A program made the translations under genes and the position numbers. DNA of 64,000 bases. Origin: an uncultured Rivularia sp. GTDB lineage: Bacteria > Cyanobacteriota > Cyanobacteriia > Cyanobacteriales > Nostocaceae. The stretch is from contig OY762007.1 in NCBI GenBank assembly GCA_963665115.1, forward strand, positions 480,001-544,000, given 5' to 3'. The notes under the pieces were generated by a model. That model was not told the DNA's origin. It worked only from the letters and a program-made list of their open reading frames with translations, and did not search any database. Position 1 is the stretch's first letter; each line of letters begins with the position of its first letter. Positions 53,807-64,000 of this stretch are shown piece by piece.

Positions 53807-54611
53807 TTAAAGAAGAAATTGGCGAAAATCCTCATCTTGATTGCTTAACTGCACAAAAGCCAGATTAAAAGAATCGAACTTAGCGGCTAAAGCTTTGCAA
53901 GCTGGGCGTTCGGTAGCGTAATGTCCGGCATCAACTAAAATAATTCCAGCATCGCGGCTTTCTTGAAACTGATGAAATTTGCAATCAGAAGTCAAATATA
54001 CCGTCGCACCAGTTTTACTTACCGACTGAATAAAACTAGCCCCCGAGCCTCCTAAAACAGCCACCTTTTCCACAGACACATCTAAATCAGCAGTTGGGGA
54101 AAAAATTAAATTCCGTGGTTTTAAAGAAGATTGAATTTTCTCCAGTAACACCCGTAAACTTAAGCTCGGTTGAAGAACACCAACACGCCCATATCCCAAA
54201 CCCAGTTGAGTATTTACGATAGGAGAAACTTCCTGCAACTTTAAAATTTGGGCTAAAACATCCGCAGTACCGTCATTTACCTGGTCGAAATTGGTATGAG
54301 CAGTATATATACCTATATTATGAATAAATGCTAAACGAACCATTTCCCCAATTGCATCACCAGTACGCAGCGACTTAGGGGGATTAAAGATTAAAGGATG
54401 ATGAGCAAAAATGAGATTAACCGGATGACCGGAATTTTTCAACTCGATCGCTTCTTGCATCACAGCCAAAGTAGGAGTCAGACAAACCAAAACCCCCGCA
54501 TCATCATCTAACACCCCCGGTTTCCACCTGCCAACCGCAATTATCCCATTTTTCTTGCCATGCAGGATTCGCCCATTCCTCAAACCAGATAATTAAATCC
54601 GTAATTTTCAT
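53807..54611 (-). CDS. Nif3-like dinuclear metal-centre protein with an apparent +1 frameshift at 54521-54523
   Basis: True N-terminus MKITDLIIWFEEWANPAWQEKWDNCG from ATG at 54611; AHHPLIF, HTNFD, DAGHYATE. Confidence 0.88.
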
Positions 54612-54877
54612 CAACTAAATTATAATATTTTGCATTTTGCATCGGTTATTTATTGTAAAGGACTTGGGGAACAGGGAGTAGGGAGTAGGGAGCAGGAAGT
54701 AGGAAGTAGGGAGTAGGGAGTAGGGAGTAGGGAGTAAGGGAGAGGGGGTGATGGGGAGAAAAGATTTTTAGCTTACTTCTAAGTTTTAATCCGAAATTGA
54801 ATAACTCCTAACTCTTAACTACTCCCTATTCTCAATTACCTATGCCCTATGCCCAATTACCAATTACCAATTACCAA

Positions 54878-55654
54878 TTACTTCTTCGCAATATTCAACT
54901 GCTTGGAAGCCTCTTCACGAATTTGGTAAAAAGGTTTATCCCACACTCCAACAGCATTCCATCTCCACGCTGCAACTGGGATACATTCACGAGCAGCAAG
55001 ATAAGTCAGCAGATAACGTTCATCTTTCGGCTCTCGGGAAAAGCAAAAAGGGTTCCGATAAAGCTTTCCAGAGATTTGAGGATACTTGACATCATCCTTC
55101 TTAATGCTTTGTAGGATTTCTTCACCTTTACAAAGTAGATCGTCAAGAAAATGAAGGCAGAAAGGTTCTGAATTTGCTCTTTGTTGGGGTTTCTTCTTTA
55201 CCCACCTTGCCCAATCAAATCCATACATGAAATCATGGACATATCGAAAGCGAATTTCTGACTCTCTACCGAACATATCCATTAGCAAAACAATTTTATT
55301 GCCGAAATCTTCCAAAACATCTACAGGAACATCAGATGATAAAGCTTGTTCAAGCATATTGCTGACTATAAAATCAAAATCCCAAAATATATTTTCTGGG
55401 AAATTATGTAGCGAAGATTCAAGTATTCTTTGTAAAGTATCCCGAAAAACACCGATCAAGTACACATCAGATACTTGTTCCACAACTTTCACTTCCAATT
55501 CAGTGAAACTAGTAATTAAAGATCGATCTGGATTCAGCGACAAAGGTTTTGCAACTTGTTGAACGAGAATTTTATCTAAAACTTGAAACGAATTATTCGG
55601 TGTAAAATTTAGCTTCATAAAAAATAATAGCTCGCAACAGTCGCTAGTATTCAA
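54878..55654 (-). CDS. Hypothetical protein
   Basis: 258 aa ORF with FPENIFWDFD and FRYVHDFMYGFDW motifs; function not recognised. Confidence 0.65.
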   Translation of the reverse strand: MNTSDCCELLFFMKLNFTPNNSFQVLDKILVQQVAKPLSLNPDRSLITSFTELEVKVVEQVSDVYLIGVFRDTLQRILESSLHNFPENIFWDFDFIVSNMLEQALSSDVPVDVLEDFGNKIVLLMDMFGRESEIRFRYVHDFMYGFDWARWVKKKPQQRANSEPFCLHFLDDLLCKGEEILQSIKKDDVKYPQISGKLYRNPFCFSREPKDERYLLTYLAARECIPVAAWRWNAVGVWDKPFYQIREEASKQLNIAKK

Positions 55655-55885
55655 AATTGATTTATATTTTTACTTTAAATTAAAAATCAATAGTAAGCTT
55701 CAAGCAATAAATAAACTTAATAATTATAGCTGTAGCCGTACTTGTTATGAAAAAATAATAATAGTAAAAAAGGGAACGGGGAACAGCATGAAGAAGTATT
55801 TAAAAAAGATGTTCTATTTTCTCTAAAATTTAGCACTAAGGTATTGGAAAAACATAATTGGTTTAGATATTACATTTAATCTTAC

Positions 55886-56133
55886 ATCTTGCAGCATTCT
55901 CAGTTAGCCTTCACAACCGCCTTGGAATTTATTCCAAGGCTCATATACGAAGTCCTATAAATAGGACTAGGCAAGGCATGAGAGTGCGTTTTAACGTACT
56001 TTGTATATTAGCCTTGAAATTGATTTCTCTGCGTTCACGCGGCTAGCGGAGCGTACCGTAGGTATTGCGTGCGGGCTAGAAAGCCTCCGGCTTACAAGGC
56101 GGGTATTCGGGCTTAACGAGAATGGTGCAAGAT
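55886..56133. mobile_element. MITE-like element with nested hairpin repeats
   Basis: Terminal inverted repeats ATCTTGCAGCATTCTCAGTTAGCC / GGCTTAACGAGAATGGTGCAAGAT; internal CCGCCTTGGAAT..TTCCAAGGC hairpins. Confidence 0.65.
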
Positions 56134-56227
56134 ATCAGTTTAAATACACATTTTAAAAATAAAAATATTTACTACTTACTATTCCCAATTCCCCATGCCC
56201 CATTCCCAATTCCCTACAAACTAAAAA

Positions 56228-56641
56228 CTATGCAGAAATATGAACAACTAACTCTCTAGAGTGATTGCGTTGCCGATGTTCCCAAATATAAATACCTTGC
56301 CAAGTACCTAAGACCAAATGTCCTCGATTGATAGGAATATGTTCTGAAGTATGAGTAATCGCAGTACGTATATGTGCTGGCATATCATCGGGGCCTTCAT
56401 CGTCATGGATGTAGTTAGCCGATTCGGGCACCAATTTAGCCATAAAATTAGCTAGATCTTCCAATACACTAGGATCAGCATTTTCTTGGATTAATAAACT
56501 AGCAGAAGTATGGCGTAAAAATAAAGTACAAAGCCCAGTTTCAACTCCCGAATCAGCAACGATTGCTTCAATTTTAGGAGTAATATTGTACAAAGATTTA
56601 CCAAGTGTAGAAACTTTGAGTAACTTTTGATAGTGCGACAT
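56228..56641 (-). CDS. yjbQ: YjbQ / UPF0047 family protein
   Basis: HTSASL.IQENADP.V, H..EG.DDMPAH, LGTWQGIY..EHR. Confidence 0.9.
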   Translation of the reverse strand: MSHYQKLLKVSTLGKSLYNITPKIEAIVADSGVETGLCTLFLRHTSASLLIQENADPSVLEDLANFMAKLVPESANYIHDDEGPDDMPAHIRTAITHTSEHIPINRGHLVLGTWQGIYIWEHRQRNHSRELVVHISA

Positions 56642-57595
56642 ATTAGTTTTTGATTTTTTTGCTAGCGGCAAATTAATAATTCAAATTTTAAGCATTAATC
56701 AATAGCATATTTTTAAAAATAATATAATTAGTTGAATTTACTTAGAGATGAAAATATAGAGTAACATTACTTAGTGGAAATTGCTGTTGTTTGGGTAAAA
56801 GTCTGTAGTTACACTAAGTATCGTTTGTAAGAGTTACTATGCACAGTTTTGGAATTTTCGAGGGTCATTAGGGACATCTTTTCTCTCAACTAAGTATATT
56901 CGGGGTGCAATCATAATTTATTTTTTCTGAAAATAAATTATAAGAGTAAACAAAACTTAGATATTTATTAAATAAAATAATATTAACTATTAGATTTAAT
57001 TTAATAAACTACTAACTGTAAAATAATTTATCATATTAATTATTCAATTCTGTGAGTGTAATTTTTTGTAGCAAAATTAGCCATTTTTGTATACGAGATA
57101 TACAATCGTGGTAAAAAGTGGGAATGTTACATATTAAGCGCCGCAATCGTCCGAAACTTAAGAAAAATGACCTAGGCATACTACTGGTAATTTTGGTTTG
57201 GAGTCTAACTATGGGTTGCCTGTTGAATTTCGCAACCAACTCTTATGCTGCCGTTCCTGAATCGGAAATCGGTAAGCCACTTGCTACAACGGAGGGAACC
57301 TCCGCAACGCAGTGGCTTACGGTAGACGTAGTACCAGCAGAACAGCAGTTAGGACAAAAGCTTTATTTAGAAAACTGTTCTGGCTGTCATATAGCGATAC
57401 CACCAGCAGTATTACCGACTCAAACTTGGAAGAATTTGCTGCAAGACTCGCAACATTACGGCGCAACATTAAAACCTTTAATAGACCCACCTAGAATATT
57501 AGTATGGCGCTACCTGTCAACTTTCTCCCGTGTCCACAAAGAAGAAGAAAGAACACCCTACAGAATTAATAAATCGCGTTTTTTCAAAGCTTTAC

Positions 57596-58970
57596 CAAAA
57601 AATTGGGTTTAAAGCCCCGTGGTTTTAGCACGGCTTTAATAATTAAATTATTTTATCCGCAATATTGCATGATAAAATATAGAAATGATAGTAAGAGAAG
57701 CCAAGCTGCTAAACGGAACCAAGGAACAATACCAAGCAATTGACTCTGCAATCCGCACTGCCCAGTTTATTAGGAATAAAGCAGTTCGTTATTGGATGGA
57801 TAATCAAGGGGTTGGTAAAGCTGACTTATATAAGCTGTGTTCATACTTAGCACGCGAATTTGACTTTGCTTTGAAGTTAAACTCTGCTGCACGTCAAGCC
57901 AGTGCCGAAAGAGCTTGGTCTGCTATCTCTAACTTTTATAAACGCTGTAAAAAACAGGAAAAAAATAAAGGATATCCGAAATTTAAAAAACATTGCCGTT
58001 CTGTGGAGTACAAGGTTTCAGGATGGAAGCTATCTCCGGACTGCACGAGCATCAATTTCACTGATGGATTTAATGCAGGGACATTTTCTTTATTTTGCAA
58101 TAAGGAAACACGCATTGACCTATTTAGGATTAAGATAAACCGTGTACGAGTAATTAGAAGAGCGGACGGTTATCATGCTCAATTCTGCTTTGATGCTGAC
58201 CGTAAGGAAGTTGGGGAATTCACTGGTAAGGTTGTTGGGTTGGACTTGGGGTTAAAATATTTCACCAAAGATCAAAATGATAATGCTGTAATTTATCCCC
58301 AATTCTTGAGAAAGTCAGAACGAAGACTTAAAAAGCGATCAAAGCGATTAAGCAAAAAGTTTGTTAGAGGTAAAAAACCTCAGTCAATTAATTTTCATAA
58401 GGCACGAAAACGATTAGGTAAAGTTCATCTTAAAATCCAAAGACAGCGTAAAGATTGGGCTATAAAGCAAGCCCGATACGTAGTTCACTCTAACGATGTG
58501 ATTGTCTATGAGGATTTGAAGATTGCGAACATGGTCAAAAATCATCATTTATCTTTTGCGATTTCTGATGCTAGTTGGTATCAGTTCACTCAATGGTTAG
58601 ACTACTATGGGAAAATTTGGGATAAAGCAGTAGTAGCGGTATCGCCTAACTACACAAGCCAGGACTGTAGCCATTGTGGACATAGAGTAAAAAAATCACT
58701 TAGCACCAGAACTCATTCATGTTCTAGCTGTGGTTTTGAAATATGCCGTGATACGAATGCGGCTATTAATATCCTAAAAAAAGGTATGAAGATATTAGGA
58801 TTTAAGTGGCAAAACAACAGTACCTTTGGGCAAAAGGGATCTGCCTCGTAAGAGGGAAAGCATGGGGAGAAGAGCGCCAATACTACTGATGGGAAACTGT
58901 ACGGTAGCAAGCGGATTTCTGTGAACCATGAACTAGAATCCCCGTGCGTTTACGCCGGGGAGTATGTCAA
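57596..58970 (+). mobile_element. tnpB-only IS200/IS605-family element
   Basis: Starts after TTAC with CAAAAAATTGGGTTTAAAGCCCCGTGG..CACGGCTTT and ends GAATCCCCG..CGGGGAGTATGTCAA; no target duplication. Confidence 0.88.
57685..58851 (+). CDS. tnpB: TnpB RNA-guided nuclease
   Basis: GLDLG, YEDL, TSQDCSHC, CSSC, RDTNAA.NI; RuvC triad and zinc finger intact. Confidence 0.94.
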   Translation: MIVREAKLLNGTKEQYQAIDSAIRTAQFIRNKAVRYWMDNQGVGKADLYKLCSYLAREFDFALKLNSAARQASAERAWSAISNFYKRCKKQEKNKGYPKFKKHCRSVEYKVSGWKLSPDCTSINFTDGFNAGTFSLFCNKETRIDLFRIKINRVRVIRRADGYHAQFCFDADRKEVGEFTGKVVGLDLGLKYFTKDQNDNAVIYPQFLRKSERRLKKRSKRLSKKFVRGKKPQSINFHKARKRLGKVHLKIQRQRKDWAIKQARYVVHSNDVIVYEDLKIANMVKNHHLSFAISDASWYQFTQWLDYYGKIWDKAVVAVSPNYTSQDCSHCGHRVKKSLSTRTHSCSSCGFEICRDTNAAINILKKGMKILGFKWQNNSTFGQKGSAS

Positions 58971-59437
58971 AGCGCCCCATACAACTAGGAAGCTGCGTTA
59001 GTTGTCATCCAGGAGCGGCAGAATATAACTTCCGAAAAATCAGTGAGCAGTGAGCAGTGAACAGTTTTATATCTACAACTCATAACTCATAACTGTTCTC
59101 CTTGTCTCCCCATCCCCCCATCTCCCCATCTCCGCATCCCCCTATCTCCTCATCTCTTCTACTAAAAGACGGAAAACCAACCTTCCCCAGATCGGGCTTT
59201 ACGGCGCTGCATTGGGGACAAAATGATACTATTAAGTTAGATAAATATAAGTTCTTTGTTAAAACCAATTGTTTAGTAAGCTGCGACGCTGGTATTTTTA
59301 CTATTTTTGAGTTAATTCTCTTGGAATGCGTCTTTACAAAGCCAAGAAAATTATCCGATCTTCGGTAACGGTACTTATAATCATTTCCAACGTCGATAAA
59401 TTTATTCTTCTGCCAGGTTTAGTTAAATTAAAAAGCC

Positions 59438-62224
59438 ATGCTAAAAACCTTGTTGGGCGACCCCAACGCTCGTAAACTAAAAAAATTCCAACCATCAATT
59501 ACTGAAATTAATCTCTTAGAGGAAGAAATTAAAGTTCTTTCTGATGAAGAGCTTAAAGGTAAAACAGTAGAGTTTAAAGAACGTCTTCGTAAAGGCGAAT
59601 CTCTTGATGATATCTTACCCGAAGCTTTTGCCGTAACTAGAGAAGCTGGAAGGCGAGTTCTAGGGATGCGTCACTTTGACGTGCAGCAGCTCGGTGGGAT
59701 GATTCTGCACAAGGGACAAATTGCAGAAATGAAAACTGGGGAAGGTAAAACCCTGGTTGCTACATTGCCTAGTTATTTAAATGCTTTAACTGGTAAAGGC
59801 GTACACGTAATTACCGTTAACGATTACTTAGCCCGTCGTGATGCTGAGTGGATGGGACAAGTACACCGTTTTTTGGGATTAACTGTAGGACTAATTCAGT
59901 CCAGTATGACTCCCGTAGAACGGAAGAAAAATTATGAATGCGATATTACCTATGTTACCAACAGCGAAATAGGTTTTGACTATTTGCGGGATAACATGGC
60001 AACTTCGATGGCGGATGTAGTGCAGCGTCCGTTTAATTATTGCGTAATTGACGAAGTTGATTCAATTTTAATTGACGAAGCACGGACACCTTTGATTATA
60101 TCCGGTCAGGTAGAAAGACCAACTGAGAAATACGTCAGAGCTGCTCAAATTGCCAGAGCGCTGTTGAAAGAAGAAGATTACGAAGTAGACGAAAAAGCTC
60201 GTAACGTACTTTTAACCGATGAAGGTTTCCAACACGCAGAAGAGCTTTTAGAAGTAAACGATTTATTCGATCCTGAAGATCCTTGGGCGCACTTTATATT
60301 TAATGCGATTAAAACCAAAGAACTGTTTTTGCCAGACGTACACTACATTCTTCGTAACGGGGAAGTGGTAATTGTAGATGAATCTACTGGTAGAGTATTA
60401 CCGGGAAGACGTTGGAGCGATGGTTTACACCAAGCTATTGAAGCCAAAGAAAACGTAGAGATTCAGCCGGAAACCCAAACCCTAGCTTCGATTACTTATC
60501 AAAACTTATTTTTGCTGTATCCCAAATTAGGTGGAATGACAGGGACAGCAAAAACAGAAGAAGTTGAATTTGAAAAAATTTACAAATTAGAAGTAACGAT
60601 AATTCCTACCAACCGAGTCAGGCAGCGTAAAGATTTGGCTGACATGGTGTTTAAAACAGAAGTCGGCAAGTGGAAAGCCATTGCTAAAGAATGTGCCGAA
60701 ATGCACGAAACTGGCAGACCTGTTTTAGTCGGAACCACAAGTGTTGAGAAATCGGAATATCTTAGCCAATTATTAAAAGAGATTGATATTGCTCACGAAC
60801 TGCTTAACGCTAGACCGGAAAACGTCGAACGGGAAGCTGAAATTGTCGCTCAAGCCGGACGCGGTGGAATGGTAACTATCGCCACCAACATGGCTGGTAG
60901 AGGTACCGACATTATTTTGGGTGGTAACGCCGAATATATGGCGCGTTTGAAAGTTCGCGAATTTTTAATGCCTCGTATCGTCAAGCCAGAAGACGAAGAC
61001 GTATTTTCACCTCATAGAGCAACCTTACCTACCGGAAGTGGTGGCGGACAAGGATTTACTCCCGGTAAAAAAGTTAAAACCTGGAAAGCTTCCCCGAAAG
61101 TATTCCCTACGAATATAAGCAAAGAAGCCGAGAATATCTTGAAAGTAGCAGTAGAAGCTGCCGTGAAAGAATTTGGCGAACGTAGCTTATCCGAACTCGA
61201 AGCCGAAGATAAAATAGCGGTTGCAGTCGAGAAAGCGCCAACTGACAACCCCGTAATTCAGAAAATGCGGGAAGCATATAACCGCGTAAAAGAAGAATAC
61301 GAATCATTTACCGACGCAGAACACGATAAAATTATCTCCTTGGGTGGTTTGCACGTAATTGGTACCGAACGCCACGAATCGCGACGGATTGACAATCAAT
61401 TAAGAGGACGCGCCGGAAGACAAGGGGACCCAGGTTCCACCAGATTTTTCTTAAGTTTAGAAGACAACTTAATGAGAATATTCGGTGGCGATCGCGTTGC
61501 TGGTTTGATGAATATGTTCCGCGTTGAGGAAGATATGCCCATCGAATCGGGTATGCTAACTCGCAGTTTGGAAGGAGCCCAGAAAAAAGTTGAAACCTAC
61601 TATTACGACATTCGTAAACAAGTATTCGAGTACGACGAAGTAATGAACAACCAGCGTAGAGCAATTTACGCCGAACGTCGTCGAGTATTAGAAGGGCAAG
61701 ACTTGAAAGAACAGGTAATTAAATATGCTGAAAAAACGATGGATGACATCGTTGATTTTTACGTCAACCCAGACTTACCATCGGAAGAATGGGAATTAGG
61801 TAAATTAACCGAAAAAGTCAAAGAATTCGTTTATTTATTATCGGACTTACAACCTTCTCATTTAGAAGATATGTCCATGAGCGAAATCAAAGCCTTTTTG
61901 CACGAACAGGTTCGCATCGCTTACGACATGAAAGAAGCCGAAGTTGACCAAATTCAACCCGGATTAATGCGTCAAGCAGAGCGATTCTTTATTCTACAAA
62001 GGATAGACACCTTATGGCGCGAGCATTTGCAGCAAATGGAAGCCTTAAGGGAATCAGTCGGATTGCGCGGTTACGGTCAAAAAGATCCATTAATTGAGTA
62101 TAAGAGCGAAGGTTACGAACTATTCCTGGATATGATGACAAATATCCGCCGCGACGTAGTTTACTCCTTGTTCATGTTCCAACCACAGCCACAACCAACG
62201 GTGGAAACATCACAGATGGTGTAG
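59438..62224 (+). CDS. secA: Protein translocase subunit SecA
   Basis: [44 protein letters not shown]. Confidence 0.98.
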   Translation: MLKTLLGDPNARKLKKFQPSITEINLLEEEIKVLSDEELKGKTVEFKERLRKGESLDDILPEAFAVTREAGRRVLGMRHFDVQQLGGMILHKGQIAEMKTGEGKTLVATLPSYLNALTGKGVHVITVNDYLARRDAEWMGQVHRFLGLTVGLIQSSMTPVERKKNYECDITYVTNSEIGFDYLRDNMATSMADVVQRPFNYCVIDEVDSILIDEARTPLIISGQVERPTEKYVRAAQIARALLKEEDYEVDEKARNVLLTDEGFQHAEELLEVNDLFDPEDPWAHFIFNAIKTKELFLPDVHYILRNGEVVIVDESTGRVLPGRRWSDGLHQAIEAKENVEIQPETQTLASITYQNLFLLYPKLGGMTGTAKTEEVEFEKIYKLEVTIIPTNRVRQRKDLADMVFKTEVGKWKAIAKECAEMHETGRPVLVGTTSVEKSEYLSQLLKEIDIAHELLNARPENVEREAEIVAQAGRGGMVTIATNMAGRGTDIILGGNAEYMARLKVREFLMPRIVKPEDEDVFSPHRATLPTGSGGGQGFTPGKKVKTWKASPKVFPTNISKEAENILKVAVEAAVKEFGERSLSELEAEDKIAVAVEKAPTDNPVIQKMREAYNRVKEEYESFTDAEHDKIISLGGLHVIGTERHESRRIDNQLRGRAGRQGDPGSTRFFLSLEDNLMRIFGGDRVAGLMNMFRVEEDMPIESGMLTRSLEGAQKKVETYYYDIRKQVFEYDEVMNNQRRAIYAERRRVLEGQDLKEQVIKYAEKTMDDIVDFYVNPDLPSEEWELGKLTEKVKEFVYLLSDLQPSHLEDMSMSEIKAFLHEQVRIAYDMKEAEVDQIQPGLMRQAERFFILQRIDTLWREHLQQMEALRESVGLRGYGQKDPLIEYKSEGYELFLDMMTNIRRDVVYSLFMFQPQPQPTVETSQMV

Positions 62225-62313
62225 GAATTTTGGATTTTGCGGAAAGTTGCGGTGCGGGGATTCCCCCCGTTGAGCAAACTTTCCTGCACCGGATTTTAGA
62301 TTATAGGAATATT

Positions 62314-62341
62314 AACCGGGTTTTAAATACCCGGTTTTTTT
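62314..62341 (+). terminator. Intrinsic terminator after secA
   Basis: AACCGGGT...ACCCGGTT followed by a T run. Confidence 0.75.
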
Positions 62342-62402
62342 ATGTTCGTCAGTATTCTTATGAGGCTGCGTGGGGCTACTAAGAAGCTAAACCTAATACT
62401 CT

Positions 62403-62562
62403 TAATACTTTTTACTTCTTACTTTTGACTTTTTACTTCCGCGCAGCGGTACTAGTACAGTAAGGCGTAAATAAAGCACCCATTTAAAAAGTTTGAAAGC
62501 CTTATCACATAATACTTTTTACTTCTTACTTTTGACTTTTTACTTCCGCGCAGCGGTACTAG
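62403..62562. repeat. 53-bp direct repeat, probable MITE ends
   Basis: TAATACTTTTTACTTCTTACTTTTGACTTTTTACTTCCGCGCAGCGGTACTAG at 62403-62455 and 62510-62562. Confidence 0.85.
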
Positions 62563-62712
62563 GCGCATCTTTATAACAGAAATGGTATAAGTCTTTCTTT
62601 GACAATCTGTCTTTTGACAACAGTTAATTTTTGCATTAAGAATATAAATTGCTTTTAGTACTGGATCGTTTGTGTTAAGGTTCCTATTCTTTTATCTGCG
62701 TGTAATTTTCAT

Positions 62713-64000
62713 ATGGTGTTGGAGGATACTTTGAAATTGAAACAGCTTTGGTACGCAGGAATATTAGGTATATTTTATTTAGTGCTATCTCAACCAGCTT
62801 TTGCAGAAGAAAATCGAAAACAAGAAGCTTCGGTTGAGGAAAAAACTCAGAAATCAATTTCAAATATTCGTGAAATTAAATTTGCAAAAACCAGTGCTTC
62901 TTATTTACTGACACAGGAAAATACAACTCCTGCAATTACTCAAATAACTAGTGTACGAATACAGCAAACAAGTAATGGTTTGGAAGTGATATTAGAAACT
63001 CCCCAGGGAGATTTATTATCGCCAACTACAAGAATAGAAGGCAATACTTTAATTGCAGATATTCAGAATGCAGTCTTGATACCCGATGGTAGATTTCAAG
63101 AAAATAATCCTGTAGAAGGGATTGCTTCAATAACCGTTACGCAGTTAGATAATAAAGTACAAGTACGAATAGCGGGGGTACGAACTGCACCAACTGTAAA
63201 CGTTGCTTCGGGCGATCGCCGTTTAGTTATCAGCCTAGATTCGGCTCCTAGAGCGGATATCGAACTCACTGTCACCGCACAAAAACGACCGGAAGATGCA
63301 CGGGATGTACCTCTGAGTATTACGGTAATACCCCAACAGGAAATCGAAGACGCTCAAATCGATTCTTTTCAAGATATCGCTAATAATACCCCTAATTTCA
63401 GCTTTGCTCCCACATCTTCAGGTGGTACTGAGTTCAGTAACTACAGTATGCGGGGATTAAATAATGCTAATTTTCTTACCGCTCAGGATAGCGTAGCCTT
63501 CTATATAGATGATGTTCCGGTTGATTATAACGGCTTTTTAGACTTGGCTTTGAATGATTTAGAGCGGATAGAAGTCTTGCGGGGACCTCAAAGTACTCTC
63601 TACGGTAGAAATAGTTCGGCTGGTGTAGTTAACGTCATTTCTCGTCAAGCAACTTTTGAACCAGAAGTCACATTTGGTGTCGGTTACGGAAAATATAACC
63701 ACCGCGAATTGCAATTTTCTCTTAACGATGCTTTGGTTGACGATAAATTAGCGTTACGAATAGCTGGAGCTTATAAGGGACAAGATGGATTTATTGAAAA
63801 CCTTGCCACGGGTGAAAAAATCGGCGAAAGAGCGCGATTTGCAGGCAGAGCGCAATTATTGTGGACACCGACATTAGATTGGAACGTTTCTTTTAATAGC
63901 TATAACAGTTTTACGGATGACGGAAATCCGACTTACAACAGAATTAATCCTGAAGATGCATTCGAGGTTAATTTAGAGACTGAAGGTTTCAACAAACTTA
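62713..64000 (+). CDS. TonB-dependent receptor with AMIN domain, truncated by the window end
   Basis: Signal peptide (QPAFA), ITSVRI..T.NGLEVILET, VTAQKRPE...VPLSITV, IEVLRGPQSTLYG.N...GVVNVIS. The start could be TTG at 62731. Confidence 0.92.
   Translation, partial: MVLEDTLKLKQLWYAGILGIFYLVLSQPAFAEENRKQEASVEEKTQKSISNIREIKFAKTSASYLLTQENTTPAITQITSVRIQQTSNGLEVILETPQGDLLSPTTRIEGNTLIADIQNAVLIPDGRFQENNPVEGIASITVTQLDNKVQVRIAGVRTAPTVNVASGDRRLVISLDSAPRADIELTVTAQKRPEDARDVPLSITVIPQQEIEDAQIDSFQDIANNTPNFSFAPTSSGGTEFSNYSMRGLNNANFLTAQDSVAFYIDDVPVDYNGFLDLALNDLERIEVLRGPQSTLYGRNSSAGVVNVISRQATFEPEVTFGVGYGKYNHRELQFSLNDALVDDKLALRIAGAYKGQDGFIENLATGEKIGERARFAGRAQLLWTPTLDWNVSFNSYNSFTDDGNPTYNRINPEDAFEVNLETEGFNKL

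Larger units (their letters stand above)
57118..59053 (+). pseudogene. Diheme cytochrome c-like gene split by an IS element (57118-57595 and 58971-59053)
   Basis: First half has YLENCSGCH and SQHYG. The sequence after the IS reads RPIQLGSCVSCHPGAAEYNFRK. Confidence 0.85.

Noticed and set aside
57596..58970. IStron (group I intron-IS hybrid)
   Set aside because: Only about 90 bp precede tnpB, too short for an intron core

Overview
AT-rich chromosomal window from a filamentous, probably heterocystous (Nostocales-like) cyanobacterium. This is inferred from frequent HIP1 GCGATCGC sites, heptamer STRR tandem repeats and the genes petM, ndhP, nblR and ycf39. Core genes (suhB, tRNA-Ser(GGA), lpdA, trpC, nadK, pdxA, rarA, ispE, rsmA, secA) are interleaved with accessory conflict or signalling modules. 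The best candidate for a new system lies just downstream of tRNA-Ser: a caspase-like protease fused to a GAF-like region and an intact EAL cyclic-dinucleotide phosphodiesterase domain, followed by an EACC1-like small protein. Other modules are a CHAT-STAND-TM-pentapeptide protein, a kinase-AAA_35 / AAA_35-WD40 pair, live and decayed toxin-antitoxin loci, an orphan XisA-like recombinase and a ParA/RHH cassette. There are two IS200/IS605 elements, one splitting a diheme cytochrome c gene, and several short hairpin repeats inserted in frame in proteins. Several genes carry +1 insertions in short homopolymers that look like sequencing errors. All family assignments are by eye from motifs; no database searches were run.
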